From Patescibacteria group bacterium (GTDB lineage Bacteria; Patescibacteriota; Kazan-3B-28; UBA10110), in NCBI GenBank assembly GCA_016936175.1, contig JAFGPN010000015.1, forward strand, positions 16,636 to 80,635: a stretch of 64,000 nucleotides of DNA. Direction: 5' to 3'. Positions 47,690 to 58,039 of this stretch are shown piece by piece (positions within the stretch are counted from its first letter, which is position 1; each line of letters starts with the position of its first letter). The position numbers were made by a program, and so were the translations under genes. The notes under the pieces were generated by a model. It was not told where the DNA came from and made no database searches. It was given only the letters and a program-made list of their open reading frames with translations.

Positions 47690-47776
47690 TCTCTCCAGGA
47701 TTGATTTTTATCCGGGACTGGGGTAGCATTGTGAGTTAGACTGTTGTTTAAAAATTCAAACGGAGGTCGCTGTGCT

Positions 47777-48643
47777 ATGGACATTCAAGATGTTGAGAAA
47801 CTGATCGGCGCGCGTTACTCAGATTCCTACGCTTCAGGGCACATGGGATCTCAGATTTGGCGTTTCCAACGCCAGAACGACCATAAGCCGCTGGTTGTTA
47901 AATTTGCCGCGGCAGAAGATGCCGATGCAATGACCGATATCGCAGCTAATGTCCTCGGGTATGAAAAGATTCGGTCGATCGGAGGATCCAGCTTGATCCC
48001 TTCTGGGCTTAAGGAGATTCCGGCAACGGATGGACGAGCTCTCGTCATGGAGGATTTGGGGCAGTCCATGAGGGTGGCTGATCGTGGATTGAGCATGTTC
48101 GTTATGTTCTGGATCCACTTTCGACAAGTTGTGCTGCAAACCGTGTCACCAACTCAGCCGAAGTCGTCTGGCTTGCCTAGCTTCGTGGCGGAAGTCGTGC
48201 ACCACATGGAGCGGTTTTCGCACGGAGACGTTCCCCGAATTATCGAGACGATCGGGGAGCGTGATTGGGGCATTAACTGGGGACGACCGGCCCTTATGTT
48301 GCTTGATTTCACCCCAGACAATCTGTTTGTTCGCGAGGACAACCTGGCGTTTATCGATCCTTGGCCTCAAAACACCTATCTGGGACATCCGGCCGTCAGC
48401 ATCGGGCAGTTCATCGCGTTAACACGCATCTATCAAATGCGGGACGCTGGTCAGGCCACCTGCATGCTAGAGGGGCGTTGTCGCGAAGAACTTCCCGCAA
48501 TACTTGGTTGCGATGTTTCATCGATCGAACAAGCGCTACGTATCGGGATGACGCTGCAGTATGTGTTGTCTTCATACGTCAGGCAGACATCTGCCCCATC
48601 CCGAGCTAATGAGATCCTGGCAGAGGCGTTCAAGCTATGGTGA
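47777..48643 (+). CDS. phosphotransferase with a protein-kinase-like (APH/choline-kinase) fold
   Basis: LLDFTPDNLFV..FIDPW resembles the APH Brenner motif. A ggagg ribosome-binding site precedes ATG 47777. Confidence 0.45.
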   Translation: MDIQDVEKLIGARYSDSYASGHMGSQIWRFQRQNDHKPLVVKFAAAEDADAMTDIAANVLGYEKIRSIGGSSLIPSGLKEIPATDGRALVMEDLGQSMRVADRGLSMFVMFWIHFRQVVLQTVSPTQPKSSGLPSFVAEVVHHMERFSHGDVPRIIETIGERDWGINWGRPALMLLDFTPDNLFVREDNLAFIDPWPQNTYLGHPAVSIGQFIALTRIYQMRDAGQATCMLEGRCREELPAILGCDVSSIEQALRIGMTLQYVLSSYVRQTSAPSRANEILAEAFKLW

Positions 48644-48762
48644 CCGCAGGGGTTAGACCCCAACAGGCCGATTGGCTCCCACACTGAGCCGGTCGGTTTT
48701 TTATAAAAAAGAGGGCGCCGGATGGCGCCCTTTATCGTACTTGTCTGGCAACGTGGCGGCTG

Positions 48763-49767
48763 CTACGCCAAGCTGGCTATTTCCGTCAGCGAGTACTGCC
48801 ACTGGCGGATGAGATTAATGAACCGATCGTTCGGCTGAGCCGAGAACCCGAGCGGGATTCGCTCCATCATCTTCACCGTTACCGGATGCCCGAGGGTGTC
48901 TTCCACCAGTTCAAACAACTGGATGGAAACATCGAGCAGGCCCAGGCGAAGCCGCTGGAACTTTTCGGGGTCTAACTCGTCGAGTGAGCCACGATTGCGG
49001 CCCTTGTCTTCGAGGTAGCTGAGCCCGCGCCAGATCCCGTCGATCGGTTCGATCACCGTGCGGCCAGAGAGTGGCCAGCCGGGGACGAGATCGCGCATGC
49101 AGACCCAGTCTTGGTTCTCCGACTTGGGGATGACGTTGTCCGGGTGGACGATCAGCGGCACGGCCGTTGGTTTGCCATCATTGAAGTGGAAGACCACGAT
49201 GGCGGATTCCACGCTGACGCCGGAGTCGGCAAAGAAATTGCCGATCTTGCGAACCGTGGAACCCTCCCAGTAGCCGTCATCGACTAGCACGATCCGGCGT
49301 CCGTTGGCTTGCTCGGCCAGCTGCTTGACCTGCTTCTCGATGGGCGGAAATTTGGGACGAGGGCCGTGTTCGTGATCGATGTCGTCGCCGTGGATGTCGC
49401 AGATGCGAGTGATGCTGATTTGAGGCAGCTCGTCTTGGCAGCATATGGTCGGATCGAGCGACACGAAAAACACTTCGCTGTGCTGACGCGCGTGGTGAAA
49501 GAACGCAGCAACTTCCTCGCTGGGGAAGCTGTGGTCCATTACCATACGCTCGGCCAACGAGTGGCCGACGTGGCACCGCAGCTCGGACTGGGTCTTCATC
49601 GTCAATTCCCAGGTTTTCGGTAGATGGTCAGACATCAGTTTCTTGATGCCCGCCTCCAACTTACTAACCCGGGATGCCGGAAGATTCCAGCCCGCACAAG
49701 CGGCGGATTCTACCAGGTCGGCCGTTAGGATGTAAGAAAGCCGGTTAGGCTCACCCTTGGCAGACAT
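48763..49767 (-). CDS. hypothetical protein with a PRTase-like segment
   Basis: RRIVLVDDGYWEGSTV resembles a PRPP-binding loop. GC-rich. Confidence 0.4.
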   Translation of the reverse strand: MSAKGEPNRLSYILTADLVESAACAGWNLPASRVSKLEAGIKKLMSDHLPKTWELTMKTQSELRCHVGHSLAERMVMDHSFPSEEVAAFFHHARQHSEVFFVSLDPTICCQDELPQISITRICDIHGDDIDHEHGPRPKFPPIEKQVKQLAEQANGRRIVLVDDGYWEGSTVRKIGNFFADSGVSVESAIVVFHFNDGKPTAVPLIVHPDNVIPKSENQDWVCMRDLVPGWPLSGRTVIEPIDGIWRGLSYLEDKGRNRGSLDELDPEKFQRLRLGLLDVSIQLFELVEDTLGHPVTVKMMERIPLGFSAQPNDRFINLIRQWQYSLTEIASLA

Positions 49768-49973
49768 CAGGATTCCGAGTCTCCTTTATGGAAATGTACC
49801 CTGGCCGATGTTTTGTCCCAACATAGGGCATCACCAGAGCCGTATTAAACGTATACCCTAAACCAATAAAGTCAATGTCACCACTGATTTCGTGCCATAA
49901 ATTTGTAATAAAAAAGCCGCCACCCACGGGGATGTGGGGGCGGCGTAGTTATCTTGAGGGTCGGTAGCTGGAG

Positions 49974-51347
49974 CTACTGGTTAAGCAGCAAATCGTGCAG
50001 GTGAGCGACCAGCATGGTGTCGGTAACTGGCGCTTGCTCGCGCGTTCGGAGGTCCTTGACCTGCCAGATGCCTTTTTCGAGCTCTTCTGGCCCACCGATT
50101 ACCAGGAGAGGAATCCCCTGTTTAACGGCATAAGCCAGCTGAGCCTTAAAGGCGGTGTCATCTCCGCAATGGAGTTCGGTGGCTAGACCGTTCTCTCTTA
50201 GCCGGTTGGCTACCTGGAGATACTTGGGCAGTGATGACTGGTCAAAGACTAGGATAAAGACCTGGGTGGCGGTGGTGGCAAGCTGTTGAAGGGCGTTGAG
50301 CTCCTCGAGAGCTGCGAACAACCGATCTACACCGATGGAGGCGCCGGTGGCAGGAACGCTGTCATTGGCGAACCTGCCGACGAGTCCGTCGTAGCGACCA
50401 CCCGAGAAGACACTGCCGATTGATGGCAGATCATCGAGAGAGGTCTCGAACACGGGGCCGGTATAGTAGCCGAGTCCCCGGGCGACGGACAGGTCAACCA
50501 CAACGCGATCATCGGGTACGCCCATGTTTTGAACGTATCCTCGGACCTGTTGTAGTTCCTGAATGCCGGCGTGCCCGATTTGCGTGGAATTGCCGAAGAA
50601 CTCGGCTGCCTCTTCTAGGGGCAGGGTGGAGTCTGCAGCAATCCGCAAGAACTCCTGCACGGTCTCAACGGCTCTGTCCGAAAGGTTGAGAGCCGTTTCG
50701 TCCAGCCTGTTGTCCGGTGGTCGTTGCAGGATCTTGGTGACCTCTTCCATACCGAGCTTGTCCATCCGATCCAAGATCTGGAACAGGATGTTGGCCTTGC
50801 TCCCAACGCCAATCATTTCTGCTAATCCATTGAGGATTTTGCGGTCGTTAATCTTAATCGTGACCCGGGGGATCTTGAGCGCCTGGAAGGTGCTCCAAAT
50901 AACCGCGATTACCTCGGCATCAGTCAGCATCGAACCGCTAAAGACGGTGTCAATGTCGAACTGATAAAAGCCGTTGTATCGGCCTTTCTGGCTGGTCTCG
51001 CCCCGGAACACTCGCCCAAGCTGGTAGCGCTTGAATGGTCGCGGCAGAGTGTTGCCGTAAGCCGCCACAACTCTCGCCAAGGGCACCGTCAGATCAAACC
51101 TGAGAGCTAGGGGCTCGTCGGTTTTATCTCCGAGAGAGACCTTGTAGATCTTCATGGCAGTGACCTCGTTTCCGGTCAGAACGCTCCAGCGCTCTACTTC
51201 CGGGGTATCGAGGGGCAAGAAGCCGAAGGATTGATAGACCTTCTCGATGGTGCGCAGGATTTGCGTCCTGCGAGTTTGTTCAACCGGTAGATAGTCCCTG
51301 AATCCCCCAGGGACCTCCGGCGCAATCAAGAGCGTCATGCTGGTCAC
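49974..51347 (-). CDS. hisS: histidyl-tRNA synthetase
   Basis: Class IIa motifs (GFRDYLP, FRGE) and a C-terminal anticodon-binding domain. It lies directly downstream of tRNA-His. Confidence 0.8.
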   Translation of the reverse strand: MTSMTLLIAPEVPGGFRDYLPVEQTRRTQILRTIEKVYQSFGFLPLDTPEVERWSVLTGNEVTAMKIYKVSLGDKTDEPLALRFDLTVPLARVVAAYGNTLPRPFKRYQLGRVFRGETSQKGRYNGFYQFDIDTVFSGSMLTDAEVIAVIWSTFQALKIPRVTIKINDRKILNGLAEMIGVGSKANILFQILDRMDKLGMEEVTKILQRPPDNRLDETALNLSDRAVETVQEFLRIAADSTLPLEEAAEFFGNSTQIGHAGIQELQQVRGYVQNMGVPDDRVVVDLSVARGLGYYTGPVFETSLDDLPSIGSVFSGGRYDGLVGRFANDSVPATGASIGVDRLFAALEELNALQQLATTATQVFILVFDQSSLPKYLQVANRLRENGLATELHCGDDTAFKAQLAYAVKQGIPLLVIGGPEELEKGIWQVKDLRTREQAPVTDTMLVAHLHDLLLNQ

Positions 51348-51385
51348 CTCCTTGGAGACCCCCTAGAGACTTTGAGGATAAAAAA

Positions 51386-51458
51386 TGGGCAGGACGGGAC
51401 TCGAACCCGCGACACCCTGATCCACAGTCAGGCGCTCTAGCCGCTGAGCTACCTGCCC
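51386..51458 (-). tRNA. tRNA-His (anticodon GTG)
   Basis: Reverse complement folds: acceptor GGGCAGG/CCTGCCC, anticodon stem CCTGA/TCAGG with loop CTGTGGA, T-arm GCGGGTTCGAGTCCCGT. A73, no encoded CCA. Confidence 0.8.
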
Positions 51459-51552
51459 ACTACTGAGATCAACACGGCAGTTGCTGGTCGAAAACCTCTC
51501 GAGATTTCTCTCGAGGTAATTCGAACTAGTTATCAAGCTGCGCGTTACAGCC

Positions 51553-51580
51553 CATTATAATCACACCCCTGTTTTTGTCA
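51553..51580 (-). promoter_or_regulatory. near-consensus sigma-70-type promoter (TTGACA-N16-TATAAT) driving tRNA-His and hisS
   Basis: On the minus strand the sequence reads ttgacaaaaacaggggtgtgattataat. Confidence 0.45.
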
Positions 51581-51631
51581 ATCAGGGAAAAGGTTTATCT
51601 AAAAATTACCGAGGCTAACAAGACTAGCCGG

Positions 51632-53170
51632 TTAAGCCAGCTTGCCAGAAACAGCCTCCACCGACCTTCGAAGGTCTGCAGACATTAATAACCCATCTAT
51701 GGCGTGGATGTCTCTGTAAAGCTCACGATCTTGGGTGATAGCTGGTGAAACTGATCTGATTGCCCGATAGACCGCCTGGCTAGCCGGACTAAGTTTAGAG
51801 ATGTCACGGAACTCCAGCCCCTGAGCGGCCGACAAAAGTTCGATAGCCAACACTCGGCGGGTATTCTCGATAATGCGGGCGGCGTGTCGTGAGCCGATTG
51901 AGGCCATGCTGACATGATCTTCTTGATTGGCCGAGGTGGGTATGGAATCAACTGATGAGGGATGAGCTAGAACCTTGTTTTCGGAGACCAGCGCGGCAGC
52001 TGTATATTGCGGTATCATCAACCCGCTATTCAATCCACCTAACTGTGGGTCAATCAGGAAGGCAGGCAAACCATGGTTGTTGCTTTTGTCTACTAATTTA
52101 GCAGTGCGTCGTTCGGAGATGCTGGCGATCTCGGCAATGCCAATTGCCAATGTGTTCATAGCTATACCGACTGGTTCGCCATGGAAGTTACCGCCCGAAA
52201 GCGAGAACCCGTCTTCGACAAATATGATCGGGTTATCGGTAGCCGAATTAATCTCGATTTCAACTACACGCTTGGCGTAAGCAAAGGCATCACGTGCAGC
52301 GCCGTGTACTTGTGGCACACATCTAAGCGCGTAGCTATCTTGGACTAAGCGATAGTATGGCTCGCGATCGACCAAACCGCTTCCCTCGCATAGTTTGCGA
52401 ACATTCTGAGCAGTGGCGATCTGGCCTGGGTGAGGCCGAATGGCTTGGATCTTTTCGAAGAACGGATTGATCGTGGCAGTAAATGCCTCTAGCGATAAGG
52501 CTGTAGCGATGTCCGCATATTTGAGTATCTCTTCGGCTCGAACGATATTAAGCACCGCCTGTCCGGTTAGCACTGAGGTGCCATTACTAAGTGCCAAACC
52601 CTCTTTGGCTTCTAACACCAGAGGTGTAAAACCATAGTGAGCCAAACCGTCAACACCATGTACCCGCTTGCCGTCAATGATCATCTCACCGGCTCCGATC
52701 ATGGCTGAGACAATGTGGCACAATGGAGAGAGATCACCACTAGCGCCAACCGACCCTTGCTGTGGAACATAGGGATAGACCTGCTTGTTTAAGAAATTAA
52801 CAAACGTCTGAGCGGTATCCAAAGTGATACCAGAATAGCCTTTGATTACCGAATTCAGCCTAACTAACATCGTAGCGCGCACCACATCTTCCTTAAATGC
52901 CTCTCCAACACTTACCGAGTGGCTTAAAATAATATTGCGGGAGAGTTCTGCTGTTTTGTCTTTTGCAATGTGAGTGTCTTTAAAGGCGCCGAAGCCGGTG
53001 GTTAAACCGTAAATTACTTTACCTTCGTCTGCGGCTCGAATAACAAAGTCACGCGCTTTTTTAATTTTTTCGATAGCAACATCCGAGAGGCTAACCGTAG
53101 CTTGTTTATGGGCGATTTTCCATACCTGTTCGATTGTCAGGCTTTCCCCATCTATCACGATGTTTTCCAT
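51632..53170 (-). CDS. hutH: histidine ammonia-lyase
   Basis: Ala-Ser-Gly triad that forms the MIO cofactor, within GSVGASGDLSPL. 512 aa. Confidence 0.85.
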   Translation of the reverse strand: MENIVIDGESLTIEQVWKIAHKQATVSLSDVAIEKIKKARDFVIRAADEGKVIYGLTTGFGAFKDTHIAKDKTAELSRNIILSHSVSVGEAFKEDVVRATMLVRLNSVIKGYSGITLDTAQTFVNFLNKQVYPYVPQQGSVGASGDLSPLCHIVSAMIGAGEMIIDGKRVHGVDGLAHYGFTPLVLEAKEGLALSNGTSVLTGQAVLNIVRAEEILKYADIATALSLEAFTATINPFFEKIQAIRPHPGQIATAQNVRKLCEGSGLVDREPYYRLVQDSYALRCVPQVHGAARDAFAYAKRVVEIEINSATDNPIIFVEDGFSLSGGNFHGEPVGIAMNTLAIGIAEIASISERRTAKLVDKSNNHGLPAFLIDPQLGGLNSGLMIPQYTAAALVSENKVLAHPSSVDSIPTSANQEDHVSMASIGSRHAARIIENTRRVLAIELLSAAQGLEFRDISKLSPASQAVYRAIRSVSPAITQDRELYRDIHAIDGLLMSADLRRSVEAVSGKLA

Positions 53171-53202
53171 GGCGATAAATTAACGAATATAGTTAGAATT
53201 AA

Positions 53203-53224
53203 AAAACACCTGTTAACACAGGTG
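53203..53224. promoter_or_regulatory. perfect 9-4-9 palindrome (aacacctgt taac acaggtgtt) about 35 nt upstream of the hutH start; candidate operator
   Basis: Read directly from the sequence, in the divergent hutH / pyrE-like intergenic region. Confidence 0.4.
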
Positions 53225-53529
53225 TTGCGCAGGCAACAAGTGACAATGATGGCCAAAATGATGATGAGTCTGATTCATTTGGGCGTTAACTCTTCCAGCC
53301 AAAGCCTAATGCTAAGTTTTAAAATAGTCAAGATAGCAGCTAATTTTTGACTGCCACGATGTATCTGTTAGGATGAAGGGTCGAAAGGTGGCTAATGGGG
53401 GTTGGTCGCCCCGAACGCCCCTTGATTTTAATGTGAGCTCACAGTTATGAATTCCTTTAGGAGGAAATGCCATGGCAGAAGAAAGCGGCCAGTCATCTAA
53501 GGCCGCGGAACGAGAAGGGGGTATGAGCG

Positions 53530-54228
53530 ATGGAAGCTAATCAGGGACACCGGGAGTGGATTGATCGGGAGACCAACGACGGGGCGATGAAGTGGTTCGA
53601 GGAGATCGGTGTAATCAGGCACGGCCACTTCGTTCTCACCTCGGGCAAGCATAGCGATCTTTATGTCAATAAGGATGGCGCTTATCCTTATGTCGTGCAG
53701 ATCTCTATGATGTGTAAGATTATCGCCGAGCACTTTCCAAACTGGTCCATCGAGGTGGTGGCAGCGCCGGCGCTGGGCGGTATCGCTCTTGGTCAGTGGG
53801 TGGCTTATCACCTGGCTGAGAGATCGATTGTGGCTATTCGGGCGCCGTTCTCCGTTTACGCGGAGAAGTCCAACGACGGCCAAACGTTCGAGTTCCGCCG
53901 AGGCTACAACACATTGATCTCTGGCAAGAGAGTGCTGGTGGTTGAGGACATCTTGACTACCGGCGGTTCGGTTGCCAAGGTAATCGCCGCAGTCCATAAA
54001 CTTGGCGGCGTTGTTGTTGGCGTCGGTGCGCTCTGCAACCGCGGAGGGGTAACAGCAGAAGCTCTGGGTGTACCTAAGCTCTACTCTGTTACCAGCCTGA
54101 GCGCCGATGCCTGGGAGGAGGCTGACTGCCCGCTCTGTTCCGGAGATGTTCCAATCGACACGGATGTCGGCAAAGGCCGTGAGTACCTCGCCCACAAAAT
54201 GGCGGAAGGCGAGTGGAGGCCGGGTTAA
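53530..54228 (+). CDS. pyrE: orotate phosphoribosyltransferase-like PRTase
   Basis: HGHFVLTSGKHSDLYVN N-terminus and PRPP loop VLVVEDILTTGGS. Confidence 0.55.
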   Translation: MEANQGHREWIDRETNDGAMKWFEEIGVIRHGHFVLTSGKHSDLYVNKDGAYPYVVQISMMCKIIAEHFPNWSIEVVAAPALGGIALGQWVAYHLAERSIVAIRAPFSVYAEKSNDGQTFEFRRGYNTLISGKRVLVVEDILTTGGSVAKVIAAVHKLGGVVVGVGALCNRGGVTAEALGVPKLYSVTSLSADAWEEADCPLCSGDVPIDTDVGKGREYLAHKMAEGEWRPG

Positions 54229-54338
54229 GCACCAATGCCGCGATAAGTTAAACCTGACAACCACGGCATCGTACCGGAAGCGCAGTACTGACCAGTGCGC
54301 TTCCGGTTTTTTATTACTTAAATTGTTTATACAAATTT

Positions 54339-54524
54339 GTCATTCCGGGCTTGACCCGGAATCCATCCTACGCTCTATGAGCTACGGAGGACTGGCGTAA
54401 GTTATTTATTATAGGCCTACGGCAGTAAAGTGTTTTCCCTGGCCGCGACCGGCTACGGGCAGGCAGGATGACATGAGAGGAGATTGCTTCGTCGCTTCGC
54501 TCCTCGCAATGACGAGTTAGGGGG
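54339..54524. repeat. composite of GTCAT-type hairpin repeats (includes a 40-nt segment shared with 27463-27500)
   Basis: gtcattccgggcttgacccggaatcc, then aagttatttattataggcctacggcagtaaagtgtttt, then gcaggatgacat, then gcttcgtcgcttcgctcctcgcaatgac. Confidence 0.65.
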
Positions 54525-54595
54525 GGGACCATCAATAACATGAATGTACTCAAAATCCCGGCAAGCCGGGACGTTGAGTTTGAGTGTAAAATTAA

Positions 54596-54793
54596 TTACT
54601 TCTTCTTCAGGATGGGCAAACCGGTGCGGGCGCTCTCGATGACTTTGTAGCCCTCGGGAACCGCGTCGCAGGCGCCGACGCTGGCAACCTTGGCGAAGTA
54701 ATAAATCATCTGCTTGCGTCCCCCCTTGAGGCTTACATTCTTGCTGTGCAAGTAGTAAGTATTCCCCCGACTGTTCTTGTGACTGAAGGCCAT
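54596..54793 (-). CDS. small hypothetical protein
   Basis: 65 aa ORF with a downstream hairpin plus T-run at 54556-54580. Confidence 0.35.
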   Translation of the reverse strand: MAFSHKNSRGNTYYLHSKNVSLKGGRKQMIYYFAKVASVGACDAVPEGYKVIESARTGLPILKKK

Positions 54794-55136
54794 ACGTCTC
54801 CTCCTGAAGTTATTAACTATATACCAACACCTTAAAGTCTATCAGAGGTGGACTCCTATGACAAGCCGGTCTACACCTATGACCCAAATGATGCAAAAAT
54901 TAACTGATTAGATAATCAATTTTGCGCTTCTAGACAATAAAAAAACGGGAGCTTGATTGCCTAAGCAACCAGGAGCTCCCGATGATCGGTTCAGCCGATC
55001 AGGCTCTGGTAGCGCTGGAGCTTGCCAGCAGAACAGCGCCACCTACTATGACCGATTGTGCGGAGTAGCCTGAGCCGTGGAAGAAGTCCATATTCGACCA
55101 CAGCATTACTGCGCACAAAAGGTTGATAGCCGAAAG

Positions 55137-56570
55137 TTAAACTTCTGCTCGGCCCTTGGGTACCGGTAACGGATAGTCACCAGTGAAGCAACCGGTGCAG
55201 AACTTATCGCCTAGCACGTGGAAGGTGCTATCGAGACCGAGGTAGTGGAGATGGTCGGCGTGGATCAGTCGTTTAACTTGTTTCTCGGTTCTGCCGTGAG
55301 CGATCAGCAACTTGGGGTTGGGAGTGTTGATCCCAAAGAAGCACGGAAAACGATGTGGCGGAGCGGTGGAAGCATAGATGATGGTTCCGGCGCCAGCTGC
55401 CCTAAGTTCGGGAACTAACGCGCGAGCCTAATCGCCTCTGACGATGGAATCGTCCACTATCACCACTACTTTGCCAATGCCAGTCTTTTTGTGCACCAAG
55501 GGGCCGGGGTTAACCGAGAAGCGTCTTTTGACCAGCTGCGATCGAGCCATCTCGTCCTGTTGGAAGACCCGCTCGGAAAACCTGTCCTTGAGGATGGCCG
55601 TACGGAACAACTTGCGGAGTTCCGCCGCGCAACCCTCGGCCGCCGAATTGCCAGAGTACGGTACTGGTATAACTACTTCGGGGGTGGGATATCCTGCCCG
55701 AGCGATCTCTCGCGCGAGCTCTACCCCAAGCTGAAACCGGATCCCGTCGATCAACTCGTTGGAGTTGTTGTCGAAGAGAGAATCCGGTCTGGCGAAGTAG
55801 TAGTACTCCATCAGACACCGCCGAATGAGCTCTTCCGCAAACCGATGAACTTCGATCTTGCCGCTAGGCTCGACTGTCATCAGGGTGCCTGGCTCTACTT
55901 CGTACGGCTTGCCGAAACCGGCGATCACCGCCGATTCTGAGCAGACATGAAAACCATCCTTGTTCTCGGTCCACCAGTATGGACGAAATCCGTGTGGGTC
56001 TCGCATCACGAACAGCCGCTTGCTCGGCGTGATGGCCGACAAAGAGTAGGCCGCCTGCAATGTCTGGCCCATGTGGATAAAGGCGGATTCTTCGCTACCA
56101 TCGTAGACCCACAGGTAATCGCCAAGTAGTTTAGCGATCACCTCTGCATCACAGCGGGAAGCGAAGGGGTAGCCCTTACCTTTGAGCCGTCTGCGTTCGC
56201 GCTCGCAGAAAGGAATGTCACCGTTGGAGACAAGAATGATCTTCTTCCCTCCAAAATCGAAATAGTGCGGTTGAGCATTCTTGCCATCCCGCAATGAAGC
56301 GGTGGCGTAACGCACATGCCCTATTCCGATATTGCCGCGCAATTCCCGCAACAGCTTCTGAACCAGTGGTCCACCGGTCTCCCGGTTGAACCACTTGTGA
56401 GCCGAACCCGGCTCCTTCCAATGGCGAGTGGGGACTCCCGGATACCGGCTGTCAGTAGTTGCCAGCCCAACAGAATCCTGTCCCCGATTTTGAATTAGAC
56501 CGAGGGTCTCCAGGATCTCTGGAGTCACGGTCTTACACTTGTAGCTACAACCAGCACAAGTTCCGCACAT
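55137..56570 (-). pseudogene. purF: amidophosphoribosyltransferase (PurF) interrupted by an in-frame TAG at 55426-55428; the conserved C-terminus continues in the same frame
   Basis: N-terminal nucleophile MCG, LIQNRGQDSVGLA, PRTase loop VVVIVDDSIVRGD, then TAG. The same frame continues PHRFPCFFGINTP...FCTGCFTGDYP (the PurF Fe-S C-terminus) to TAA at about 55137. Confidence 0.65.
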
Positions 56571-56707
56571 CCTGGATGACCTCCGTCAAATTGGTTTGAG
56601 AATAAGTACTAATTATCAAAGAGCCAGCGAACACCTGTCGGGCTGTACGGCCTGACATTTGATTCTAAACCTTTTTACTAAAATCTCAATCCCGGCAGGG
56701 ATCGGAG

Positions 56708-57517
56708 TCAAGCCGCTTTAAGCCAGGCTTGTAAGGCCGGAATCTCCTTAGCCAGCTTAGCTTTTTCAATCCGTTTTATCAGACTGCGGTACTCCACCAA
56801 ATTAAAGTGACGATTTGAGGCTTCGACCAAATCGATGGCTTGGTCAAACTGGTTGTGCGTAAAGTACTGCTCGACCAGAGCCAGGCAGTCTGTTTTAGGG
56901 TCTTTGGGCGCGACCAACGGCTCAATGGCCTCTGCCTTAATAATTGGTTGATCGGCTGTTACTGATTTTTTTGGCATTGCTTCTGCCGGTTCTTCTGCAA
57001 TGCGGATATTTTCTGCGGTGCTAATCACCTCACTTTTACTATCGGCGCTCGCAGAATAAAATTTATTAATTAATGAACTCTTGTCCGAAGCACTGATATT
57101 CTTTTGGTTTAGTGTACTGAGCAGGCTACTTTTTAAGCTTTCTAACCGTTTAATCAAACCCGTAATTTCACTAATGAGTTGGCCCTTGCCCTGATAACTA
57201 GCACTATGTCCATCATTCAAGTAGCTAACCTGTTCCCCAGAAGTTAAAAGATCATTATCGACGGTTTTTTCTAATTTAGATAAGCGAGCGAGGCCCGAAG
57301 CAACAAATCGATCTATATGGCTCAAAAGCCCTTCCAGGTGAAAGATCTTAGTGCAAGCATCGGCACCTGCATACCATTCGGCCGCTTCACTCGGTGTAAA
57401 TACTCCTAACGATTCACCGTAAGATATCTCGCTATTTAGTTGCGATAAAAGCGCACTAGCCTCGTGCGACATCATCTCATCTTCTTGCTCGACTATCTCT
57501 ATCTCTTCTTTTTCCAT
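56708..57517 (-). CDS. hypothetical coiled-coil protein
   Basis: ORF only. The likely start is MEKEEIE; the track extension upstream runs into a repeat element. Confidence 0.4.
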   Translation of the reverse strand: MEKEEIEIVEQEDEMMSHEASALLSQLNSEISYGESLGVFTPSEAAEWYAGADACTKIFHLEGLLSHIDRFVASGLARLSKLEKTVDNDLLTSGEQVSYLNDGHSASYQGKGQLISEITGLIKRLESLKSSLLSTLNQKNISASDKSSLINKFYSASADSKSEVISTAENIRIAEEPAEAMPKKSVTADQPIIKAEAIEPLVAPKDPKTDCLALVEQYFTHNQFDQAIDLVEASNRHFNLVEYRSLIKRIEKAKLAKEIPALQAWLKAA

Positions 57518-58039
57518 AACTCTACACTCCTTTTTGTCATTCCTGCGTAGGCAGGAATCCATTTTATTGCTTCTGCCTGGATCCCCGATGTCGACGCGCT
57601 AACGCCGTCGGCTCTGGGATGACATTTTAATTTATTAATAAAAATACCTCTCACGAAAAGAGGTTTAGTAAAAACACAAAGTTTCCCCTAACTCTTCACT
57701 CGGAGTTGGTTCACCCCGTTAGAAATAATAATTTCTAATCGGGGTTGCTACGAATAACGTTGGCGACCTGGCTTACTATCTTGTCATGCTGAACTAGTTT
57801 CAGCATCTAGATCCTGAAATAAATTCAGGATGACGATAGTTTACAGTTGCGGGACAGCGCCGGACTCCCCGCCCATTTCATGATTCGGGCAGGCCACCGG
57901 ACTTCGCAGTCGTTACTCGGGTTAGTATTCAAGGTAGGCTCATTATACACCTCTAACCAAACAGGCAAATAAAAAAGCGGCAACCCTGCTCTGTCTAGCA
58001 GAGATCGCCGCTCATTTCCATTCTGGTTAACCAAAATGA

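Noticed and set aside
55218-55418. 66-aa plus-strand ORF
   Set aside because: It lies antisense to the conserved purF C-terminal coding region and is spurious.
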